Shown piece by piece: positions 46,916-57,897 of a stretch of DNA of 64,000 nucleotides. The position numbers and the translations under genes were made by a program. Position 1 is the stretch's first letter; every line of letters starts with the position of its first letter. The stretch spans positions 91,062 to 155,061 of the forward strand of contig DATNMO010000059.1 in NCBI GenBank assembly GCA_035602245.1, given 5' to 3'. This DNA comes from Gemmatimonadales bacterium. GTDB lineage: Bacteria; Gemmatimonadota; Gemmatimonadetes; Gemmatimonadales; GWC2-71-9. The notes beneath the pieces were generated by a model, which saw only the letters and a program-made list of their open reading frames with translations, was not told where the DNA came from and searched no databases.

Positions 46916-47607
46916 GGAAGCCACCTCGGCTCCACCTCGATGCGCGCGGCCGTGTCGAGATGGCGCACGCGCAAGTCGCCACGCACCCCGAGCGCACGCA
47001 GGTAGGCCTCGGCTTGCTCGACCTGCTGCAGACGTTCCGGCGTAATCGACAGGCCGTACTGCACGCGGCTCGACAGGCACGGCGCCGCGGGCGCGTCCCA
47101 TGTGGGCAGCTCGAGCTCGCGGGACGCCGCGCGAATCTCAGCTTTGGTCAGCCCGACCTCGGCGAGCGGCGACCGCACACCCGCCCGCTCTCCGGCCCCA
47201 CGCCCCGGGCGATGCTCGGTCAGGTCGTCGGCGTTGGTCCCGTCGCACACGACCGCGAGCCCGCGCGCGCGCGCCAGCGGGACGAGGCGGCTCCACAGCT
47301 CGGTCTTGCAGAAGAAGCAACGGTTCGTCGGGTTGGCGAGGTAATTCGCATCCTCGAGCTCGTGTGTATCCACCTCCAGCACGGGCACGTCGAAGCGCTC
47401 CGCGACCTCGCGGGCCGCCCGCCACTGCGCTTCCGGATAGGATGGGCTGCGCCCGATCGCGGCGAGCATCCGGTCCCGTCCCAGCTCCTGACGCAGCACC
47501 ACGGCCAGCAGCGCCGAATCGACGCCGCCCGAATATCCCAAGAGGACCGAGGAGTAGGTGCGCACGAGCGCGCGCAGCGGGGTGAGAGAGGCCGACTCGA
47601 CCGACAT
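46795..47607 (-). CDS. PP-loop ATP pyrophosphatase of the LarE/TIGR00268 type (ATP-dependent sacrificial sulfur transferase-like)
   Basis: PP-loop LLGYSGGVDSALLA, then a conserved Cys context NRCFFCK and a C-terminus ..RGYRRGSL. No larB or larC lies in the window. Confidence 0.82.
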   Translation of the reverse strand: MSVESASLTPLRALVRTYSSVLLGYSGGVDSALLAVVLRQELGRDRMLAAIGRSPSYPEAQWRAAREVAERFDVPVLEVDTHELEDANYLANPTNRCFFCKTELWSRLVPLARARGLAVVCDGTNADDLTEHRPGRGAGERAGVRSPLAEVGLTKAEIRAASRELELPTWDAPAAPCLSSRVQYGLSITPERLQQVEQAEAYLRALGVRGDLRVRHLDTAARIEVEPRWLPWVAERRAEIEDHLTALGFARVDVDPRGYRRGSLLEPSSP

Positions 47608-47766
47608 GGCGGAATAGTAGCCGCGCCGACTGTCCTAATCAAAGGACAACTTTGGGGAGCAGAACCGGATATTCCGTCGGATAGGAACCTGATATTGTTA
47701 TGAAGCGTTCATGGACATAGTCCCGGGGCGACGGATAGTCGGATAATCAGCAAGAGGGCCTCCCAA

Positions 47767-48246
47767 ATGGCCGCCAAGACCGAGCTCGACGCCATCGATC
47801 GCCGCATTCTTCGCATTCTCGCCCAAGACGGACGGGCCAGCTACCAGGCCGTTGCCGACGAGGTTGGGCTGTCACGCCCCGCCGTGATGGAGCGGGTCAA
47901 GCGGCTTGAAGAAGCAGGCTATGTCCTGGGCTACCGCGTCCAACTCGATCGCACCAAGGTCGGCTTGCCCGTCACCGCGTTCGTCGCGGTCCGATACGGG
48001 TCGAGCGACTACGTCGGTGATGAGCCGCGGATGCGCGAGATGGAGAAACATCCCGGCGTACTCGAGTGCCACCACGTCGCGGGCGAGGACTGCTACGTCC
48101 TCAAGGTCGTTGCGCCGGATCTGGAAGGCGTGCAGGAGATCCTCCGCGACCTGCGCGGGCCGAACACGCAGATGAATACGCGGACCACGATCGTGCTTTC
48201 CACGCTGTTCGAGAAGCCCGGCTTCATTCCCACGGAGCCCGACTAA
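47767..48246 (+). CDS. Lrp/AsnC family transcriptional regulator
   Basis: The N-terminal HTH is LDAIDRRILRILAQDGRASYQAVADEVGLSRPAVMERVKRLEEAGYV. A C-terminal RAM/AsnC_trans_reg domain follows. Confidence 0.92.
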   Translation: MAAKTELDAIDRRILRILAQDGRASYQAVADEVGLSRPAVMERVKRLEEAGYVLGYRVQLDRTKVGLPVTAFVAVRYGSSDYVGDEPRMREMEKHPGVLECHHVAGEDCYVLKVVAPDLEGVQEILRDLRGPNTQMNTRTTIVLSTLFEKPGFIPTEPD

Positions 48247-49208
48247 TGGCGGCACTCAAAGGCAAGGCGCTCATCGCCTACCTGGTCGTCTGCGTCTTCT
48301 GGGGTTCGACCTACCTCGCGATCAAGGTCGGAGTGATGGAGCTGCCGCCGTTCCTGTTCGCGGGCCTCCGCTTCCTCGTCGCGGGCCTGATTCTGCTCGC
48401 GATCGCACGCGCGCTTGGCGACCCGCTTCCGCACCGGCGCAGTGATTGGCGCACCCTGGCCATTGTCGGACTCATGCTGCTCGCCGGTGGTAACGCGTTC
48501 GTGGTATGGTCGGAGCAATACATCACCTCGGGAGTCGCGAGCATTTTCGTGGTCACCGTCGCCATCTGGACGGCGTTCTTCGACGCGATCATTCCGGGCG
48601 GCGCCGGGGAGTTGAACTGGCGGGTCATCGCCGGACTGCTGCTCGGTTTCCTGGGCACGGTCCTGCTCGTCGGGGCGACGCCCGCGGAGATTCTCGCCGC
48701 CGACCTGCGCGGCCCCCTCGCTCTCACGTTCGCGAGCTGCTCGTGGTCGCTCGGCTCCGTGTACGCCAAACGCCATCCCACTGAGACGAGCCCCTACGTG
48801 AGCGCCGCGGTCCAGATGATCGTCGGCGGCACCGTCGTCGCGCTCGTCGGCTCCGCGTTGGGCGAATGGAAGCTGTGGCACCTGAGCGCGCGCGGGCTCG
48901 GCGCCTTCGCCTATCTCGTCGTGTTCGGATCGATCCTCGGATACAGCGCGTATGCCTACGCGCTGCGCTACGCATCCGCGACCGTCGTCGGCACGTACGC
49001 CTATGTGAATCCCGTCATCGCCGTTCTGCTCGGCTGGTGGCTCCTCCACGAGCCTGTCACGGGGCGGACGTTCATCGCGATGGCACTGATTCTCGGGGCG
49101 GTCCTGTGGATCCAGTTCTCGCATAAACGCGAACGGCCGGAGGATGTGGAGGCCGTCCGGCCGTCAGGCCGCCAGGCCGTCGATCCGACACCGGAGGCCA
49201 CGACATGA
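48246..49208 (+). CDS. EamA/DMT family transporter
   Basis: From ATG 48246 (TAATG overlap with the lrp stop) the product begins MAALKGKALIAYLVVCVFWGSTYLAIK. It has about ten hydrophobic (TM) segments forming two EamA repeats. Confidence 0.9.
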   Translation: MAALKGKALIAYLVVCVFWGSTYLAIKVGVMELPPFLFAGLRFLVAGLILLAIARALGDPLPHRRSDWRTLAIVGLMLLAGGNAFVVWSEQYITSGVASIFVVTVAIWTAFFDAIIPGGAGELNWRVIAGLLLGFLGTVLLVGATPAEILAADLRGPLALTFASCSWSLGSVYAKRHPTETSPYVSAAVQMIVGGTVVALVGSALGEWKLWHLSARGLGAFAYLVVFGSILGYSAYAYALRYASATVVGTYAYVNPVIAVLLGWWLLHEPVTGRTFIAMALILGAVLWIQFSHKRERPEDVEAVRPSGRQAVDPTPEATT

Positions 49209-49768
49209 CCCGCCTCCCAGCAGACGCCGTGCTCCTCATCATCGACGTCCAAAAGGGCATGGACCGTTACGCCGAGCAGTACAATCGCAACAATCCCGCG
49301 CTCGAGGCCAACATCGCGCGGTTGCAGCAAGCTTGGCGGAAGTCGGGTCGCCCGATCATCCACGTCCAGCATCTCTCCACGGAGCCCGACTCTCCGCTAC
49401 GCCCCGGTCAGGCCGGCGTCGAGATCAAGGATGAAGTGCGTCCGCTCCCCGGCGAGCCGGTGGTGCAGAAGTCGGTCAGCAGCGCGTTCATCGGTACGAC
49501 CCTCGAGGCAGATTTACGGCGCCGCGGGCTCACGACGCTCATTGTGGTAGGCATGCAGACGAACATGTGCGTCTCAACCACCGCGCGGATGGCCGGCAAC
49601 CTGGGCTTCACGACGTACGTCGTGTCGGATGCGACGGCCACATTCGACAATACCGGGCCGGACGGCAAGCGCTACGGATCTGAGCTGATCCACAACGTCG
49701 CCCTGGCCGATCTCCACGGCGAATTTTCCACCGTCGTAGACACGAAAACGCTTCTGGCGGCAACATGA
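49205..49768 (+). CDS. cysteine hydrolase (isochorismatase family)
   Basis: LLIIDVQKG (Asp), a conserved Lys, and the catalytic Cys context VVGMQTNMCVSTTAR. Its start forms an ATGA overlap with the upstream stop. Confidence 0.9.
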   Translation: MTRLPADAVLLIIDVQKGMDRYAEQYNRNNPALEANIARLQQAWRKSGRPIIHVQHLSTEPDSPLRPGQAGVEIKDEVRPLPGEPVVQKSVSSAFIGTTLEADLRRRGLTTLIVVGMQTNMCVSTTARMAGNLGFTTYVVSDATATFDNTGPDGKRYGSELIHNVALADLHGEFSTVVDTKTLLAAT

Positions 49769-50130
49769 CAATCCGCAAAGTAAATCTCGCCGAGATGTTC
49801 GGCCGCTTTCAGGATCAGTGGAACCCCAAAATCGTGGGGGAAGTGAACGACAGCCTGGTGAAGCTCGTGAAGTTGAAGGGAGAGTTCGTCTGGCACCAGC
49901 ACGAACGCGAGGACGAACTGTTTCTGGTCGTGAAGGGCCGCTTGCGCTTGAAGCTGCGGGATCGTGACCTGGTGCTCGGCCCCGGGGAGTTCGCGATCAT
50001 CCCCCACGGCGTGGAACATCTGCCCGTCGCCGAGGAGGAGACCCACGTGCTGCTGTTCGAACCCAATTCGACACTGAACACGGGAAACGTCCGCAATGAA
50101 CGTACGGTCCCCGAGCTCGACCGCCTCTAA
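49765..50130 (+). CDS. cupin domain-containing protein
   Basis: 121 aa with the cupin motifs WHQHEREDELFLVVKG and PHGVEH. Its start forms an ATGA overlap with the upstream stop. Confidence 0.85.
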   Translation: MTIRKVNLAEMFGRFQDQWNPKIVGEVNDSLVKLVKLKGEFVWHQHEREDELFLVVKGRLRLKLRDRDLVLGPGEFAIIPHGVEHLPVAEEETHVLLFEPNSTLNTGNVRNERTVPELDRL

Positions 50131-50446
50131 AGAGGGGCATCTGATCGCACGCATCTGGAACGGGGTGACCGCGGCGGCACGGGCCGACGCCTACACCGCC
50201 TACCTGCAGCGGACCGGCGTGCCGGACTGCCGCGCCACCGCCGGCAATCGGGGCGTCTACGTGCTGCGCCGTGTGCAGGGCGACCGCGCCGAGTTCACGT
50301 TTATCTCCCTCTGGGAATCTGTCGCTGCCATCCGGCGCTTCGCCGGCGCGGACTACGAGAAGGCCCGGTACTACCCCGAGGACAAGGACTTCCTGCTCGA
50401 GCTCGAGCCGTTCGTCGAGCATTACGACGTCGTAGCGGCACAGTGA
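50096..50446 (+). CDS. hypothetical protein, possibly ABM/Dabb-fold (antibiotic biosynthesis monooxygenase-like)
   Basis: 116 aa. The pattern IARIWNG.......AYTAYL...G.......GNRGVYVLRR...DRAEFTFISLWESVAAIRRFAG suggests a ferredoxin-like ABM fold. The start is uncertain, because ATG 50096 overlaps the cupin gene by 35 nt. Confidence 0.5.
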   Translation: MNVRSPSSTASKEGHLIARIWNGVTAAARADAYTAYLQRTGVPDCRATAGNRGVYVLRRVQGDRAEFTFISLWESVAAIRRFAGADYEKARYYPEDKDFLLELEPFVEHYDVVAAQ

Positions 50447-51912
50447 CTCCCGCTCCGGAGCGTGAGTTCTCGCTCGATCCGGCCGACGCGCGCGGGTGGG
50501 AGGAGCTGCGCGTGCTGGGACACCAGATGGTCGACGACATGCTCGAGTACTTGCGCACCGCCCGGGAGCGGCCGGTGTGGCGGCCCGTGCCCGCCGAAGT
50601 ACGTGCTCGTCTGTCAGGACCCGCGCCGCGTGAGCCGACACCCGCGGCCGCCGTGTACGAAGAATTCAAGCGCGATGTCCTGCCCTATCCCACCGGCAAC
50701 ATCCATCCCCGCTTCTGGGGATGGGTGATCGGAACGGGAACGCCGCTCGGCATGCTCGCGGACATGCTGGCCTCAGGCATGAACCCGCAGGTCGCCGAAT
50801 TCGACGATGCCGCCGCGGTCGTCGAAAACCAGGTGATCGGCTGGCTTGTGGAACTGTTGGGGCTTCCCGCCGGCACACACGGCCTGCTCGTCTCAGGCGG
50901 CTCGATGGCCAACTTTGTCGGCCTGGCGGTAGCGCGGAACGCGCGCGCCGGGTTCGATGTGCGCGAGCGCGGACTTCAGGGAGCGGATGCGCCGCCGCTG
51001 ACCGTGTACGCCTCGACCGAAACCCATTCATCCGTCCGCAAAGCGGCGGAGCTGCTGGGGCTCGGCCACGAGGCGCTGCGCGGCATCCCCGTCGGATCCG
51101 ACTATGCCATCGACGTGGCGACGTTGCGCACGACCATCGCGGCCGACCGCGCCGCGGGACGGCGGCCGATTTGCGTCGTCGGGAACGCCGGCACGGTGAA
51201 TACGGGCGCGACCGACGATCTGCGCGCACTGGCGGCGCTGTGCCGCGAAGAGGGGCTCTGGCTCCATGTGGATGGTGCGTTCGGCGCGTTGGCGGCGCTC
51301 GCACCGGCGCTGCGTCCACTCGTCGCAGGGATCGAGCAAGCCGATTCAGTGGCCTTCGATCTCCACAAGTGGATGTACCTCCCGTACGAAGTGGGTTGCA
51401 CGCTGGTGCGCGATCAAGCCGCACACCGCGCCACTTTCTCCGTGACGCCGGCCTACCTCGCGGCATTCGACCGCGGCATCGCGGCGGGTGGGTTTCCATT
51501 CGCCGAGCGGGGCGTGCAGCTCTCCCGCGGGTTCCGTGCCTTGAAGGTGTGGATGTCGTTCAAGGCCCACGGGCTGAACGCGTTCGCGCAGCTGATCGAA
51601 CAGAACGTGCGGCAGGCACACTACCTGGCCGAGTTGGTGACCACGCATCCCCGGCTCGAGCTGCTCGCCCCGGCGCCCCTCAACGTCGTGTGCTTCCGGT
51701 ACACGGTGCCCGGAGTGAGCGAAGCCGCCCTGAACGCATTGAACCAGGAGATCCTGCTGCGGATTCAGGAGAGCGGGCTTGCCGTCCCGTCACAGACGAT
51801 CCTCGGCGGGCGCTTCGCGCTGCGGGTGGCGGTCACGAACCACCGCAGTCGTCGCGAGGACTTCAACCTGCTCGTCCGAGCCGTCGTCGAGACCGGAGCA
51901 GCGTTGCGGTAG
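50443..51912 (+). CDS. pyridoxal phosphate-dependent decarboxylase (group II, aromatic-amino-acid/DABA decarboxylase-like)
   Basis: 489 aa with SGGSMANFVGLAVAR, a PLP-Lys context DLHKWMYLPYEVG and HVDGAFGA. Its start forms a GTGA overlap with the upstream stop. Confidence 0.92.
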   Translation: MTPAPEREFSLDPADARGWEELRVLGHQMVDDMLEYLRTARERPVWRPVPAEVRARLSGPAPREPTPAAAVYEEFKRDVLPYPTGNIHPRFWGWVIGTGTPLGMLADMLASGMNPQVAEFDDAAAVVENQVIGWLVELLGLPAGTHGLLVSGGSMANFVGLAVARNARAGFDVRERGLQGADAPPLTVYASTETHSSVRKAAELLGLGHEALRGIPVGSDYAIDVATLRTTIAADRAAGRRPICVVGNAGTVNTGATDDLRALAALCREEGLWLHVDGAFGALAALAPALRPLVAGIEQADSVAFDLHKWMYLPYEVGCTLVRDQAAHRATFSVTPAYLAAFDRGIAAGGFPFAERGVQLSRGFRALKVWMSFKAHGLNAFAQLIEQNVRQAHYLAELVTTHPRLELLAPAPLNVVCFRYTVPGVSEAALNALNQEILLRIQESGLAVPSQTILGGRFALRVAVTNHRSRREDFNLLVRAVVETGAALR

Positions 51913-51940
51913 CAGCCCCGAAGTCCAATCTTATTCGTCC

Positions 51941-53946
51941 GTGGAACAGGTCTTGGTGCTCCGCGATCTAGCGGTCATTTTCGCGGGATCGCTGCTCGTC
52001 ATTCTGGCATTCCACCGGCTCAAGCTGCCGGCGCTGCCGGGCTTCATCGTGGCCGGCATCCTGCTCGGTCCCAACGCGCTCGGCCTCGTCTCCGACCCCC
52101 ACCGCGTAGAGAGCCTCGCCGAAGTCGGCGTGATCATGCTGCTCTTCACGATCGGCATCGAGTTCTCGCTCAGCCGGCTCAAGGAGATGGGGCGGCAAGT
52201 CATCGTCGGCGGGCTCGCGCAGATGGGATTCACCGTGCTCGCGACGCTCGCTGTGGGCTTCGCGTTCCTGGCCAACTGGCGGGTGGCGTTGTTCCTCGGG
52301 TTTCTGATCGCGCTGTCGAGCACCGCCATCGTCCTCAAGGTGCTGACGGACAAGGGAGAGATCGACGCGCCGCACGGGCGCCTCGCGACGGGCGTCCTGA
52401 TCTTCCAGGACCTGTGCGTCGTGCCGATCATGCTGCTGCTGCCGTTTCTCGCAGGAAAGGCCGAGGGTGGAGCGCTGGGGCTGGTTCTGGCGCTGGGCAA
52501 GGCGGCGCTGGTGGTGGTCGGCGTCGTCGTCGCGGCGCGCACGGTGGTGCCGCGGGCCCTCGCAGCGATTCTCAGGACGCGCAGCCGCGAGTTGTTCCTG
52601 ATCGCGGTGATTCTGATCGGCACGCTCACCGCGCTGGGGACCGCCGCCGCCGGCGCGTCACTCGCGCTGGGCGCGTTCCTCGCCGGACTGATCATCTCCG
52701 AGTCCGATTACGCGCACCAGGCACTGGCCGAGCTGATGCCGTTCCGCGACATCTTCATCTCGCTGTTCTTCGTGGCTGTCGGCATGCTGGTGCAGCTCGA
52801 CGTGATCCGCGAGCACCTGGGGATCACGCTGATCGCGGTGGCGGTGATCATGGGCGGGAAGACGCTATCGGCGGCCGTCGGACCCGCCTTGATGGGCTAC
52901 TCGGGCCGGGTCGCGCTGCTCGCGGGTGTCGCGGTATCGCAGATCGGGGAATTCTCCTTCGTGCTCGCGAAAGAAGGGCGTATCTCGGGGCTGCTCGCGG
53001 ACGGCCTGTATCAACAGTTCCTGGGCGTCGCCGTGATCACGATGCTGGTGACGCCGTTCCTGCTGCAGGGCGGCCCGGCGCTACTTGATACGCTCGAAAA
53101 GGTGATGCCGCTGGATCGCCTGCTGCCGGGATTCCGGCCGCGCGGCTTCGCCCCCGTCGAGGATCCGGTGTCGGACCACGTCGTCATCGCCGGCTACGGC
53201 CTGAACGGCCGCAACCTCGCCGCCGCCCTGCGGGCGATCAATGCACCCTACCTGATCGTCGAGCTCAATGCGCAGACCGTGCGCAATGCCCGCGCCGAAG
53301 GCGAGCCGGCGTTCTACGGCGACGCTACGCGCGACGAGATTCTCCATGCCCTCGGGGTCGATCGCGCGCGCCTGCTCGTCATCGCGATCTCCGATCCATC
53401 CGCGACCCGCCGCATGGTGCGCGTCGCGCGCGACCTGAACCCCAAGCTCTACATCATCGCGCGCACGCGCTATATCGTGGAGATCCCGGAGCTCACACGG
53501 CTCGGCGCCGACGTGGTGATCCCCGAAGAGTTCGAGACCTCGATTGAGATCTTTGCGCGCGTGCTGGCGCACTACAGCGTGGCGCGCGACGAGATCGACC
53601 GCCTGGTCGGCGAAATCCGGGCGTCGCACTACCAGGCGCTCCGCCCCGGGGAGGGAGGCGTGCGCCCGCGGCTGACCCTGACCGGCACGCTGGGCGCGAT
53701 GCCGCAGATGCATGTGGAGCGGATCGTGCTCGGCCCTACCGCGCCCGTCGTCGGGCAGAGCCTCGCCGAGACCGGGCTGCGCTCGCGCACCGGCGCCCTG
53801 GTGCTCGCGGTGCGCCGGGGGGAGAGCGACCTCGCCACGCCGGACGCCAGCTTCCGGCTCGCCGTGGGCGACGTCCTGGTGGTCGTCGGCCAGCGGCAGC
53901 AGTTGCGCGGCGCGCAAAAACTGCTGACGGGGGCTGAACCCGCCGC

Positions 53947-53950
<4 letters not shown>
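51941..53950 (+). CDS. cation:proton antiporter (CPA2/Kef type) with TrkA-N and TrkA-C domains
   Basis: From GTG 51941 the product begins (M)EQVLVLRDLAVIFAGSLLVILAFHRLKLPALPGFIVAGILLGP, followed by multiple hydrophobic (TM) segments. A Rossmann motif (VVIAGYGLNGRNLA) and a C-terminal TrkA-C-like domain follow. The ORF-track start at 51779 overlaps the decarboxylase gene. Confidence 0.9.
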
Positions 53951-55716
<1,766 letters not shown>

Positions 55717-55762
55717 TTCCTTTTTCCTGTTCGTGCATTCCCCCCGCCGCTCAGGAGGCACC

Positions 55763-56188
55763 ATGTCACGCTTGCTGAAGGTCGCCGTTCTCGCGTTGTT
55801 GATCGCCCTCCCCGCGTGCTACCACGCGGTCGTATTGACCGGATTGCCCGCGGGCACCGGCGTCGTGGAAGAGAAATGGGCAGCCGGATGGCTGTGGGGC
55901 CTTGTGCCACCTAAGCCGGTCTCCACGATGGCCCAATGTCCGAGCGGCGTCTCCAGGGTTGAGACGAAGCACTCGTTTCTCAACATGGTCGTGGAGTCAC
56001 TGACCGGCGGCATCTTCTCGCCGATCGCCATCAAGGCGACGTGCGCGACGGGCGGGCGGTCCGCGATCCCCGGTGACGCCGAAATCAAGGTGGGGGGCAG
56101 TCCCACCGAGGAGCAGGTGCTCGACGCCTTCCGTCGCGCCGCCGACTTGTCGGTTGAGACGGGTGGCCCGGTGTACGTGCGCTTCTAA
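55763..56188 (+). CDS. Bor/Iss-family-like outer-membrane lipoprotein
   Basis: AGGAGG lies 4 nt upstream of ATG 55763. The lipobox is LIALPAC. WLWGLVPP...C..GVSRVETKHSFLNMVVESLTGGIFSPIAIKATC resembles the Bor family. Confidence 0.65.
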   Translation: MSRLLKVAVLALLIALPACYHAVVLTGLPAGTGVVEEKWAAGWLWGLVPPKPVSTMAQCPSGVSRVETKHSFLNMVVESLTGGIFSPIAIKATCATGGRSAIPGDAEIKVGGSPTEEQVLDAFRRAADLSVETGGPVYVRF

Positions 56189-56210
56189 AGCGCAGCTCCA
56201 TTCGTGATCG

Positions 56211-56240
56211 AGGGCGCGTCTCACGGACGCGCCCTTTTTG
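56211..56240 (+). terminator. rho-independent terminator after the Bor-like gene
   Basis: A perfect 10-bp stem pairs AGGGCGCGTC (56211-56220) with GACGCGCCCT (56226-56235) around the 5-nt loop TCACG. A TTTTT run lies at 56235-56239. It sits in the 61-bp gap between convergent genes. Confidence 0.75.
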
Positions 56241-56249
56241 CGTCCCGTT

Positions 56250-57782
56250 CTACAGGCCCCGGCGGTCGAAGCTCCGGTACTGAATCGCCTCGCTCACATG
56301 CTTCGACTCGAGCGCCGGCGCGCTGTCCAAATCGGCCACTGTCCGGGCGATCTTGAGGATGCGGTGATAGGCCCGCGCCGACAGCCCGAGCCGCGTGATG
56401 GCCGTCTTGAGCAGCGCGTCGGCGTCGTCCGAGACGCGGCAATGCGCCCGGATATCGCGCGGCGCCATGTGCGCGTTCGCGTAGATGCCCGGCCGCTTCG
56501 CGAACCGCTCCCGCTGCAACACCCGCGCCCGGTCCACGCGCTCGCGCACCGCCTCGCTCGGCTCGCCGCCGGTTTCAGCGGTGAGCGCGCGATACTTCAC
56601 GGCGGGCACCTCGAGATGGATGTCGATCCGGTCGAGCAGCGGGCCTGAGACGCGCGCCAGATAGCGCTGCACCGCGAGCGGGCCGCAGGCGCACGCGTGG
56701 TGCGGGTCGCCGAACCAGCCGCACGGACAGGGATTCATCGCGGCCGCGAGCATGAACCGCGCGGGATAGGAGAGGCTCATCGCCGCCCGGGCGATCGTCA
56801 CCACGCCGTCTTCCATCGGCTGACGCAGCACTTCGAGCACGTTCTTCCGGAATTCGGGCAGCTCGTCGAGGAACAGCACGCCGCCGTGCGCCAGGCTCAC
56901 TTCGCCCGGGCGCGGGTACGAGCCGCCGCCGATCAGCCCGGCGTCCGAGATGGTGTGATGCGGCGCGCGAAACGGCCGCCGGGCGACGAGCGACTCGCCG
57001 AGCGGCAGCGTCCCTGCCACGGAATGGATCTTCGTGGTCTCGAGCGCCTCGTCGAGACTCATCCGCGGGAGGATCGTCGGCAGGCGCCGCGCCAACATCG
57101 TCTTGCCCGAGCCGGGGGCGCCGACCATGAGGATGTTGTGGCCACCTGCGGCGGCGACTTCGAGCGCCCGCTTGGCGTGCGCCTGGCCTTTCACCTCGGC
57201 GAAGTCCACATCGTCGCACGCCCGCTCCGCGAACAGCCGCGCGACATCCACGTTTGCGCTGGGCAGCTCCGCTTTGCCATCGAGGTATTCGGCGATCTCG
57301 GCGAGGCAGCCCGCGCCCAGCACGCGCAGCCCTTCTACGACGCCGGCCTCGGGGAGATTCTCGCGCGGCAGGATCAGCGCCTCGACCCCCGCCGCGCGCG
57401 CCGCGAGCGCCACCGGCAATGCACCGCGGATGGGCCGGACCGCACCCTCGAGCCCCAGCTCTCCGAGCACCGCGATCTTGCTCAGCCGCTCCCCGGGCAC
57501 CTGTTCCGTCGCCGCGAGAATTCCGAGCGCGATCGGCAGATCGAAGGCGGAGCCCTCTTTACGCTGATCGGCAGGCGCGAGATTGACGGTTATCCGCTTG
57601 AGCGGGAAGGTGAAGCCGGTGTTCACGAGCGCCGAATAGACGCGGTCGCGCCCCTCTTTCACGGCGCCTTGCGGCAGGCCGACCGTCACGAACGTGGGGA
57701 GACCGTTCGCGATGTCGGTTTCGACCTCGACCAGATATGCGTCGATCCCAAGGACAGCGGCCGAGCGGACACGGGCGAGCAT
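56250..57782 (-). CDS. YifB/ComM family Mg-chelatase-like AAA+ ATPase
   Basis: From ATG 57782 the product begins MLARVRSAAVLGIDAYLVEVE. Motifs are GAPGSGKTMLARRL and LFLDELPEF, with a C-terminal Mg_chelatase_C-type region. Confidence 0.93.
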   Translation of the reverse strand: MLARVRSAAVLGIDAYLVEVETDIANGLPTFVTVGLPQGAVKEGRDRVYSALVNTGFTFPLKRITVNLAPADQRKEGSAFDLPIALGILAATEQVPGERLSKIAVLGELGLEGAVRPIRGALPVALAARAAGVEALILPRENLPEAGVVEGLRVLGAGCLAEIAEYLDGKAELPSANVDVARLFAERACDDVDFAEVKGQAHAKRALEVAAAGGHNILMVGAPGSGKTMLARRLPTILPRMSLDEALETTKIHSVAGTLPLGESLVARRPFRAPHHTISDAGLIGGGSYPRPGEVSLAHGGVLFLDELPEFRKNVLEVLRQPMEDGVVTIARAAMSLSYPARFMLAAAMNPCPCGWFGDPHHACACGPLAVQRYLARVSGPLLDRIDIHLEVPAVKYRALTAETGGEPSEAVRERVDRARVLQRERFAKRPGIYANAHMAPRDIRAHCRVSDDADALLKTAITRLGLSARAYHRILKIARTVADLDSAPALESKHVSEAIQYRSFDRRGL

Positions 57783-57897
57783 GGCCCAGCGTATCGGCGG
57801 CGGGCCCTGCCGCGGTAGGCAAATCACCGCCCCCCGGACCGAACGAGCGCGGGGGAGTGTGCGTATGAAGATGACCCTCTAGATTGGATTCACCCCC

